64,000 nucleotides of DNA from Tubulanus polymorphus (lineage: Eukaryota > Animalia > Nemertea): NCBI RefSeq assembly GCF_964204645.1, contig NC_134035.1:1302001-1366000 (forward strand). The letters run 5' to 3'. The notes under the pieces are model-generated. The model saw nothing but the letters and a program-made list of their open reading frames with translations. It made no database searches and was not told the origin of the DNA. The translations under genes and the position numbers were made by a program. Of the stretch, positions 38,409 through 49,654 are shown one piece after another. Numbering within the stretch: the stretch's first letter is position 1; the number at the start of each line of letters is the position of its first letter.

Positions 38409-41174
38409 CTAATTCGAAGACATCGTCGACTTGATCCAGTTAACGTAGTGCGAAACGCGTGTGAAGGCGCCCGGTCGCGAACCAGGGTCGTTAGCTATAG
38501 TGAACGACGCAATACCGACCTGTACCCATTGACTACCGCGCAGACACGCTAGGGGTCCACCGCTGTCACCCTGAAATCCATTTCAAGCGAAGATATATTC
38601 TTCCGAGTTGCGAAAATCAATAGAATCTACAATTTATATCGGTTGACAGTCCAGGTGCAGACTTCGATAGAAGCACGAAGACATTTTTTAAGATTTTTGA
38701 ACGTCCCCAGGACGATTCCGTACTGGTAGAAACTGATTGATAATCTAGTAAAGATCTAGAGGTGAGATGTGAAAAGCCGCGACAACGAACACAAGAAGGT
38801 TGAAAGGAATAAGTTTAACAAGAAAATAGTAGAAGAAAAAGAAAGGGAAGCTACGAGGAACAAACAATCGATTGAGGTCGCATACAAACCGGACATACTC
38901 CCACATTCATGTTGTATTGACCGGCGCATAGTCGTTTATCAGTATCCACGTGCCACATTCTGTAACACGCGCTATCGGATAGGATCGGCAGACGAACCTC
39001 CATCGCCTTGGAAGTCACGGATTTACCTACACATATATAACATAAATCGAGCGTCGTTATGTTTCACCAGAAATTAAGAATCGTCGTGTTAATAGTTCTC
39101 GTAGCCCTGTTAGTGCCATCTCATACCAAGGGTGGGCACGTCAGCTGAACGCGTAAATGATGCCCGAAATGCTTTTTATTTTCTCTCTCAATCCCACCTT
39201 CTAATTTACCTACAGATCCACCCGAGGTTAACATTCTTTAATGGTCAAATAAAACCCCGAAAATGGCGTTTTAATAGTGGCGTCACGGTTCTCAGTGGTT
39301 ACTATCTATTTGCTATAGTGAGACGAACGGTTCCAGACATACCAAACCATGACAACGCGTGTTTAAAGTTCGCGTGCAAACTTAGTTAGTTACCTAATCG
39401 TTGGTGGTAAGCTTTTTATAATCGGATGGGCTTATACCAACGTGGTTTGTGAAAATATCCGATCGTGAAAAGAAAAGAAAAAACACAGACAGGTTACTGA
39501 CTAGTGCAAACTATCCCTACATTTTCCCAACGTCGAATTCAACGTGTAAATATGATGGGTGGAATACTCACCGGCCGCTGTGCAGCCCCATCCAGTCATC
39601 AAACAGGACTGTCCTGGCGCTGGAAATGATGGTGACGAGTCTGGTAATGTGATACGAGCAATATTGGCGAATTCTGGTCCGACTGGCACCGATCTCTTTA
39701 ACTTCATCAGAGCTATGTCGTTCTCCCAACTTCCTGCAATGAAGAAAACGCTATTGGACACGCCATACATTTCAAAATGGCGAATTTCGCGAGCGCTCTT
39801 TTGCGGACATACTTCTTCTATTGTACTGAGGATGTATGATAATCTTTTCGACGTCCATGTCCCAGTTGACCCACTTGTCCTTCTTGAAAACTTTACCGAG
39901 CCAACCTTTGATTGTACCGATAACGCCAGCCTAAATACAAAAGATTAAACCATCCGTCACATTCGGGTTGTATTGACAAACTGCAGTTCATTTTAATATT
40001 CAATCATCTTTATTTCTTTTATTTCATTCATTCCTTACGCTTAGCTTCGTGGAGGCCAGCCTCACTGTCCAGCCTTTAGGATTCTTTATATCGTATTTAT
40101 CGCTGAAAAAAAAAAATAAAACAATTTCGTCCGAAAGATTTGAGAGCGGAGCCGATATTCTTTACACCGAGTGCAGATGGAGTTTATAGTTACTTACTTG
40201 TCGAAACAATGAGCCGCGGTTAAAACCCATCGGTCAATGATGACCGACGCGCCGCAAGTCCAGATTCTCTGCACCAGAGGAATTCCGATCACTGACGTGG
40301 TCGTAAATTTACCCCGTATTGACACGAGCCACGGATAAATTCCCTCGCTAGCGATTTCATTGCCGCCGATAATTCGCCAGTCGCCATCATCAACCGCACT
40401 AGCGACGGCTTTGAAAATACGAGGAAAAAATCAGATGCGTCATAGAAGCCGAGATAAATCGGCCATTTAAAAACCGACAAGCGTGAATTCAAAATACACA
40501 GGTGTCGGTTTATGAACCTTTAGAAAATAACTGGATTATTCATCAGGGTCAAAGGTAACCACTGGACCCAGTTCAAACAGTTCTGGGTTGGGATTTCGAA
40601 TCTTAAGTCAAGTAGGTCACCACTAGCTCCTGTCGCAGTTTACCAGTGTCCTTTCGAAAATGCAATGGCGCAGTAATTTTACAGGGCACTTTTTCAACCC
40701 GTAACTAAGGCAGTGCAGTCTCTGCGGCAGTTTCGAATGAATGATCTAACTCTCAGGACCCAGTTCGACAGTACTGAGTTAAGATTTGACCCTGAGTTAA
40801 CTCATTGAAAATGAACTAACTTAAACTCAGAGTCTCTAACTCACAACTGTGGAACTGGGTCCTGAGAGTTAGGTCTAACGCAGAATTCTAGCTCTAAGGG
40901 GCCGGTTCTATAGTCATGGCTTAGACTTAAGACCAGTCTAAGACCATCTTAATTCTACAGCTAATCTAACAGTGTAAGACCAGTCTTAAGATTTAAGACC
41001 ACTTTTTGACTCAAGTCTTGACTATGGAACAGGCCCTGGACTCTGGTTGTCTGTAAAATGGCCCATACACAGTTTAATGGCGAAGACTCATATTGCCTCC
41101 TTATTAAAGCACAGATACTTACGAGCGGCAAGAATGCAGCAAAATGCAAATAAACCCGTAAAAATGACGCACAT
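38409..41174 (-). CDS. Protease array copy D: canonical S1 serine protease (Gly189, chymotrypsin/elastase-type) with two inserted loops
   Basis: Exons 41174-41123, 40408-40198, 40102-40039, 39930-39813, 39733-39572, 39026-38890 and 38570-38409. [29 protein letters not shown]|IIGG, TAAHC, NDIAL, TGWG, GVCPGDSGGP and GIASF. Confidence 0.93.
40746..40872. mobile_element. Palindromic MITE with GGACCCAGTTCCACAG-type TIRs, in intron 1 of copy D
   Basis: ctaactctcaggacccagttc...gaactgggtcctgagagttag. Same family as 63623-63732, with degenerate copies at ~52545-52680 and 48742-48818. Confidence 0.85.
40898..41036. mobile_element. ~140-bp MITE, same family as 9227-9366
   Basis: Near-identical internal sequence (ggcttagacttaagaccag...tttttgact.aagtc) and TIRs. 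Confidence 0.85.
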
Positions 41175-41999
41175 CGCTTACTACACACTGAAAAATGAGA
41201 AACGATCGAGATATCGGGTGATATTTATCAGTTCGAATGAATAAATCATAATACATGATGATAATTCTTTGATAGCGTGTGGGGACAATGTTCTATGCGT
41301 GTATTTTTTTCATCTGCAAATGACGGCGGATTCGTGATGATACATTTCCCACAATCTAATCATATACAGATGTAAGAATTAACGCTAGAAATATTTAGGA
41401 ATATTTCTGGGAAAATCTGGGAGTATATCATTGTTTTTTTTTTCTAAATGAAAGAGCATGAGGCTTAAAGGGTTTGAAAGTAAATTAACAAACTCTGAAA
41501 CCATGAAAATGATTTGTTAATGCCGGTATGAATAATGGTGGCTGGGTTTTTTCTGGACCTAAAAGTTGTTTTCAGTGGGCGCTGATGAAGGCAACTTAAT
41601 GGTCTCAACTAATAGTTCGGCCTGAAAAAGACAAGTTGTTTTTACGAAAGATTTGCTCTCGAAGTATCTCATACTAGAGGTCGGTCCCGCTAGTGGCCTC
41701 TGACACGAATGTTTATTCAGAGAAACGCTTTTTCGTTATCTCTCGACCACCACTTTCTAATTCACCTATAGATCCACCCGCGATGTTTTATATTTCTATA
41801 TACGCAACATCAGTTACTAACAACTTTATATCGAACAAATCTTGTAATTTGACTCTAGATCGATGATGTAACGCGGTAAATAACGTAACGCTTACAAGGA
41901 TGCGAGTTATTATTTACCAATCCATTAGCGGCCTGTGAATGCGTGCGTGCTGCGGTGGACTGCCTAACAGTCCCCGATCCGCGTGTTCCGTCGAAAGAA

Positions 42000-44900
42000 A
42001 TGTTTCAATCAAATTCCCTACATCGTTTTATCCATAACCTGATCATCATATCCACTTTCGTCCATTTATCCGAGCAGCATCCGCAGTTTATTCTCACCGG
42101 AATCGAACCTCAGATGTATTTGAAGGAAATGTCTCGATCTTCGACTAGTTACGAGCTACAGTGCGCCGCTGAGTGCAGCCATAAATTCGACTGCCGTGGA
42201 TTCTATCACGATGGATCTACGTGTATTTTATATCAATCTTCGTCCAATTCTTATTCAGGATCTCACAGTATCTGGACAAGTAAGTCATACATGTTTATAC
42301 GCAAGGTGTCTCAGAAAGTGTGTCACCGTAGTTTTTCAAAAATTAACTATTCATTAAAACCTAATTGAAATTCTTCGGAGGGTAAGGTTGGTAGACCTGG
42401 ATCGGTCTGCTCGAGGATGAAATGTTAATGACTGAACACTACACAGCGGTCACCTTACGAACTGTAAACGAAGAGTGCTTTATTTCAGAAAATTAAACCA
42501 GAAATTCTTGTCATTCGATCATTGCAAAGCAAACCTGTCGTTGAACGTATTTACATTAAATCATTACAAAACACTTTGTAAACTTTATTCTATACAGACC
42601 TATGTCAATGTGATAATCATAAGATGTCTATGAAAATTTTCTATTTCCATTCGTCTGTTGAATACTTGTCAATTTCATTCAAAGTTTAATTGTATATCAT
42701 TATAGTTAATCGGATTTATCATTAAAACCACTCGCGCGATAAAACGATGAACTGATTAGATTTCATGCTTTATTACGATATAAATATTGAAAGAACTGAA
42801 ACTGATTAGTCCAGGTAAATTCCTAGCCCACAACACAGAGACGATTCCTTTTTTCATGTTAAACGAAACGAAACTTCTTTATTTATTTATCTCCTTGCCT
42901 CTATTCAGTTACAAGCAACACAGTCGCAACACGTGTTAGATTCAAATCGTTTTTATCACGTAAAACCTGGACTATTGGTGATGTTTTTCATCCTAGAACT
43001 CGCATTCATTCAACGCCTGATTCATTAACGGCTTATAAACCAGTGCGAAACAAACTACAAATCTTTCTTCTTATTCATCTTAATCCTGAAATCACTTTAT
43101 TCAGATTAAGAGCGTAGAAACGTATTGAAAACCGTTCAATTTCCAAAGTTAAGTTCTCGTTGCCAGACAAAGAGGAGTTCTAGATGAGTAGTATGGACCT
43201 AGGGGGGAGGTGTTAAACAATGGGTTTCAGGTACTTCACTAATTCTATAGGAAATCGCGAGCTTTCGTTGCTTAGTGAACGAAAGCTTCATTAGGTAAAT
43301 AGGTATCGTTTTTCATGTACCCGATGAAGCTACAATGCACTAACAGTACAGATTGAAAGCTCTTGATCAAATCAGGAGACCCAAAGTACCTGCTTTCTCG
43401 TTTAAGAGTTTAAAATCTTAATTGTTGCGGTTCCGATCAACCTCGGCAAAAAGTGGAAAACACTTCAAATCCGTTACAGAGCGCGAATGTATTGATTTGT
43501 TTCGTTTACTTCCGTTGCGATTCGAAGCACTCTCTGTTTACGACCGATTCTATGTGCTTCCTTGGTTACAACTATCACAGGCAATGAAACCATTAGACCT
43601 ACAACCACGACGGCGGTTATTGGGACACGTTTCAGGTTTTAAAAAAATATCGTCATCAACGTAGACGATAATATTATGATAAATGATGCCTCGAAACTGA
43701 ATATATTTGTCAGTCTCCCGTATCCATAGAAATACAAATCAGTAGTTAAATAAATAGTTAAATAAAATCCTTATTATTCTTTGAGCCCCTGGCGTGTGTA
43801 CGCATTTTTCTTTGTAACTTATCTTGTATGTAATCAATGAATTCGTCAAATATACCATTTAAAAGCATCGATTTTGATTTGCAGGGACCACTTCTTTATA
43901 GGTCCTTGCAACAAAAGTGCATCCCGCAATCGCTGCCAAAATTGCCTTATATAGCAAGCATTATGGCCCATGGGCAATATTGCTCGAATATAAAAGGTAG
44001 AAATCTTTTCTCTGATTTTTTCCAGGTCTATCGGTGGTGATTTGCGAAAATGATTTACGGCGTGGACTGACGACGTTGACTTGTTCAGGAAACCGAACGT
44101 TGAAAATAGGAAACTATTTCTACGGTCGAATGAATGACGAGACGTGTCCCAGTGAGTTGATACGAACGACTAGTTGCTCTGCTCAACCGAGGCAGCTTAT
44201 TAACACTCTGAACGAGTAAGTCACGTATGAGAATGTATATAGTTTTTCTCTTCAGCATCCTCGCTTGCCAGGGTTTGATTGTCGCCTGCTGAAGCTCACG
44301 CCAACAAAAACCCTGGCCGCAAACCCTACACTGGTCTACTGTGTCGCCTAAGATTGCTTGGGTGGACTAAATATCTAGCCAATCAGATGCGTTTTTAATC
44401 TTAAAATAGGGATTCTCCTTGTTATTCATTTGGTTGGTAAATTTCGTTTGATTTTTTTTTTAATGAGCGTCCCCTATAGACCCACCACACCCTGCCGGGA
44501 GTGAAACAGGGGGTTTGATTTTGAAATCGGAAATCGAAATGTAGATATGATAGTTGTGTGATCGGCGGTCGAGTTTACAGAATTTTTTGTTTAAATCGAA
44601 GCACATAATTGGCATGAAGTTTGCTCTATAAATATGCTACTACGCATCAGATTGGTAAGGTGCATTTCAGGGGTGATGGATCTACCACCTCAGTCATGCG
44701 CGGTATTTTGCCATCGTTGGGAAATAAAAATACCGACACATTTTAGAACATTGAAAAATTCTGAAAATTTATGGAGAACTCCGAATTTTAAACAAATTGC
44801 TTTATCAACTTATCAATCAACTATAGATCTCTTTACCTCATCTTTTAACTTTCATTCCTCGAAAATGGTTTTCAGTTTAAGACGAATGATAATGTAGAAA

Positions 44901-45272
44901 AAAAAATTATATAGATTTCTCAAATGTTTAAAACATTTCATTTTTTCTTTTATTGCGGGTACTTTATACCAGCCTCCGAGTAACATCAGCTTAAACGAGT
45001 TACAAATTTACTACTCAACAATGGAATGCTGGTTAGAGCGGTAGAGGATACTGAAGTGCGACTACTACTAGCGCACCTGGTGGATCGTCGAGTGCCACAG
45101 TAGCATTGTCGCCGGGACTTGATTCGAAATGCAAATACGCTTTTCCAAATTTTGTGTTTTCAGATGTCAGGGTAAAAGATCGTGTAAGCCAAGCATTCCC
45201 GGCTTGGCCGACCCGTGCCAGAACACTTACAAATACGTCGAGTTACAATACGACTGCGTTATCAACAACTGA
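42000..45272 (+). CDS. Small secreted PAN/Apple + SUEL-type (galactose/rhamnose-binding) lectin, 192 aa
   Basis: Exons 42000-42279, 44026-44215 and 45164-45272. PAN-like CAAECSHKFDCRGFYHDGSTCILY. SUEL motifs ICE..LTC...YGR...C...C...CQGKRSC...DPCQNTYKYVELQYDC. The N-terminal signal peptide is weak. Confidence 0.87.
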
Positions 45273-45360
45273 AGATAATCAAACCACGTGATCTATTTCA
45301 TCCAGAATGTACATATTGAGTAAAGACGTTTTTAGAGCTGAAATTGGTCCACTGTCTGAC

Positions 45361-45469
45361 CATCCTCCCACGGCAGGGATTCGAACCTGATGGCATCGCT
45401 ACACTCTGCCACGGCACACACCGTGGCAATCTAGATGCCATCAGGTTCGGATCCCTGCCGTGGAGGATG
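45361..45469. repeat. Long inverted repeat of a tRNA-B-box-containing SINE-like segment, just 3' of the lectin stop codon
   Basis: catcctcccacggcagggattcgaacctgatggcatc...tgccacgg-cacaca-ccgtggca...gatgccatcaggttcggatccctgccgtggaggatg. Confidence 0.85.
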
Positions 45470-48159
45470 CTGTGTGACACACAGTCAGACCCGGTTAAGT
45501 CGTCGTTGTTAGGCTGATCATTTTGTCAGCGACTTTTCCAAATGATGACTTTAACTACTTAGAGAACTGAATATGTATCAAATGAAAATTGGGACGCAGA
45601 TACGATTTCACTATTGTGGCGACTGATGACGCCGAGGCATCTACAATCTAAAGCAATCTAGAACTGCCACCTGCGTCGACAAATTCCGTGTTTTTAGATA
45701 TCAAAATGTAGATATAATTGTCGTTGAAATAATATATTATAATGTTTTTTGCATCTTTAAATCCGTATCGCTAGTTCACCTCGGATAGGTTTTTGACTGG
45801 GGTCATTCATTCTACACTATCGCGACCGGCTCCCGGTGTAGCGTTTGACCCACAAGCTCAGCAGACGACCATAGATCAAAAAACTCCTCAGAAACTACAT
45901 TCATAAGAAAATCGAAACTGCAATTAATCTCTTTTCACAATAGTTTATTTAGAATTTATCAATCATTCGTAAAAATAATTTGCCACAGGTTCCCGTAATT
46001 AGAACAAAAAATATTCCGTTATTTCAAGCGTAACAAAACGCATTAATATGCGAAACATTCACACAAAAAATCGATTTGCCTTTAACTTTTTCATTCAGCA
46101 AATCAAATGAAACCTTTAAGAACTCAGTTCATATTTCATTCTATGTTTTACATTGCCTATAACTTGTCCATTAGAGGTGTTACAATCGATTAGGGTAACT
46201 GAGTTCTATATACTCAATTAATTGACCGTTAAACAAGATAGCACCACTAGCGACACTGTTAAAGTGACTCTGGTTTATGACACAGCACCTATTAATGACT
46301 CAAATCTAATATTCCGGTACAGCATGGACGCTTTCTTACCCTAGTTTGGTGTTTAGTTATCAGAGATCCTTAGTTTAGTGAACACTGTATCTATAAATGG
46401 GCGTCACTTGTTCAAGTATAATCTAGAGCCGGCTTCAGCGACTGGGACGGTGCAATTGATATTTCATCACAGCGGACCCACAATCAGTAGAAGAGAGCAG
46501 TTCTAATTTTTCTGGCAGAATATCTTTGCCCCATATCTAATCAGATTCCGCTACTAGCAGCAGAGAGCCACCATTTTTGGTCGTGTGATGGAATTCTGTT
46601 TTAATGACGATGGTCATTACCAGAGGAAGACGCAAGCTTACAAAAACTAAAAACGTACGTTAGGAAGCGCTCTATCATCTACCTATTACCAAGAATACCA
46701 GTAGTAATTCTTCCTAATACTAACACGGCATCCGTAATATAACAACTTATATTCAATGTGGAATGTTTGTTCATCAATAATCAGAAAAAAAATCCATCGT
46801 CAAAAATTAAGAGATCTCGTAAATTTCGTCGGTCAAAAATAATTTGAAAATGCGAACATTTTTTTCCAGATAATTCTTTTCAACGCGTATAAACTCAAGT
46901 TTCAATCGAGCACCAATAAAGTAATAACGTACGGCTACGTAGAACATTATTGAGAATCTAAATCACAGCAAACTCATCGCGCTGATTTCATACAGCTAGA
47001 ATCTACGTATAAATCATGTTGACTAGAATTATCACTTCAGTTCTTTATACATAACTTACGGTTGAAAGAAAAATAATTTGTTCGCTTAATCTCTGGATGC
47101 TATTTGAAATCCTTAAAATCGAATACCTTTGTTTCCCAGGCTCAAACATTGTACAGCAGACTGCTTGGACTCAGTTAGAACGGTTTAGCTGTTTTTTTAA
47201 ATGAATTACATGAACGATCAAACGATCAAACTTGTACATCCTCCCTCGTCAGGATTTCGCACTTAACACATCAACTACATGGCCATCATGCTGTTTTAAA
47301 TCTTAAAATATGGATTGTCTCATCGGTAGATTTGGTCAGAGTTTTGATTTTGGTGTGCCTTTTACAAACCCACGGGCATCAAGAGTCTACACGGACAGAT
47401 TGGTTACTTTTTTTTTATATGGTTCGCTTTGCTGAGGAAGCCACTCAACACATCACAAGTATAATTTCAAATTCGAAGTGTGGGATTTCTTCATTTATCT
47501 ACAGTTTACACGGATTATAGTGTTTATTCGACAACTAACATCACAAGTAGTTGGCACTTCAACAAATCAAAATATCAATTACTGTAACATGCATTAGCTG
47601 TCCTAGAGCATAGCAATTCACATAAAATAATTTCTGTTACTTTAGTCCTATGAGACCAATCTCGACAATCCAAGCATGAGTAGTTGTGAAATGTCCATAT
47701 TAACTGAATAAAGTCGTTCATGCGTATGATGGTCGACTATGTACTGTCGAGATAGTGGAAAAACAAACTGTAGTTGGAATCCCTGCTGGTGGAGGATGTA
47801 CTTAACCGGAATCTACTCTATCACAAATTGCTACAAAAAGCCTTGCAGCTCCGCTTTTTACAGGGCTGTAAGTGGTTGACATAACGCACGTTAAAATATC
47901 ATCATCATCCGATATTTTACAAACAGTGATTTAGTATCTAACGTATTTTGCAACACGCCAAAAAATCATCACAAATAGCAAAATATTTCACTCTTTCTCC
48001 GAACGATTTAAAACATTGACACAATGTTCAATATAGGTAGACTCTATTCAAATTGTTTAAAAAAATTATTCCATTCATTCTAAAACACTTCCATTCGTTC
48101 AACAAATCACAAACAGTTAATAGAGAGTAGACTCAACTCCAAAATAGGTAAAGGTGGAA

Positions 48160-48412
48160 CCTCCAAAATCAATGATCCTACATGATCCGACATTGTGTCA
48201 TAAAATTCTAAAAGATTCCATCTACTGGTTCAGCCTGTATCTTGTACACAAGAATAGCTATTCAAAAGAACACAAATGGCCGCCAGTCAGCCATCTTGAA
48301 AGGTGAAAGATCCAAAATCAATGGGGTTCTTCGCTACATGATCTGACAACTTGTCATAAATTTCTGAAAGATTCCATCCACTGGTTCGCAGCCTGTATCT
48401 TGTACACAAGAA
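48160..48412. repeat. ~150-bp two-copy direct repeat (interspersed-repeat core) in the probable GNPTAB 3' region
   Basis: ccaaaatcaatg...tgtcataaa...aagattccatc.actggttc...agcctgtatcttgtacacaagaa occurs twice. Confidence 0.7.
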
Positions 48413-49654
48413 ACGCCGGATGGATGGTTAAGTCTCCCTCCCACAGAGTGATGGGGACAATGAACATTCTGTCTACAGGGCCAGCGACGAGGCAATCTAC
48501 TCTTGAGGTAAGCGCAGTCTACTCTATATTATAAATAGTCTATTGTACATCACTAAACATCGCAGCAAAAATAAACTTTGTTTGAATATGACCTCGGCTG
48601 AGAACTGAAACGGCCTTGTGAGCTGTGACACTTCTCTATAAGGTATAGTTCAAAATAACAAAGCGTTATCCCTTCACCTGGTTACAATCAACATCTAGAG
48701 GTAGGTAGGCAGCATTGCCTATTTATATCAGAATTCTTGAAACCAGTTCCACAGATCTGAGTTCCGAAATGTTAACTGTACAGTCAAACATCAATCTTCA
48801 GATCTGTGGAACTGGATTTTGTGAAGTCTATCCATTTATATACAAAATTCTCTCATTGGTCTTAACATGAAATGCGTGAGAAGTTGACGATTACATCTTA
48901 CAAAATAAATAATCGGTTTTGTAATTAAATTATCAATTATTTACAAACATATACATGGAATGTCACCATCACAAATCTAAAACGAATGTTTTGTATTTAG
49001 TCTGCTTTTCATGGATGAAATAACACGCGCAAAATTAAGGATCAAAAACGACTGGAGATTCTCGATATTAGAACTGTGAACCCGATAAGAGTTTAGAATT
49101 CCCTCGTACCAGTAAGAGGTTCAACTTTGAGTTTGAAATCCAATCATCTTCATTCCGAATCGAGACTTTTAACCACTTCAACCGAGTCGAATCATCGTGA
49201 TACAAACTAAATTTTACGAGTTACTTACTGGGGCGGATCGAGACAAGAGCATAAGGAGCATGCACACCTGATGCAATTTACCTTGTGCCCTTTTCAAAAT
49301 ACAATTGCAATATTTTTCAGGGCTATTTTCCACCCACAACGAATAAGACAGCAGTCGACAAGATTAAGCTCACATTTTCTTGAATGTCCCGTAAGTGCAT
49401 AAAAATTGCACGCAAACTTTTCAAACACTTGTTTTGGCTGCGTGGATACTTAACTTCCCCTTTTCAGTATATATGCCTTTTTCGTCTGTTTGTGCTCCTG
49501 TCAAAGTCTGCCCGTGGATCCGTACCCGACTTTTGTTCTTAAGCACTGGGCCACAATACGAACGAACTATAAATCACTGTACGGTGTAAATACTGAGCAT
49601 TTCAACGAATAAATTCTAACAATTGAAAACAATTTACATAATCCCGTCCGATCA

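Noticed and set aside
30140-39948. Long ORF-track entries spanning protease exons and introns, and their plus-strand mirrors
   Set aside because: These are read-through of introns or antisense shadows; the spliced models explain them.
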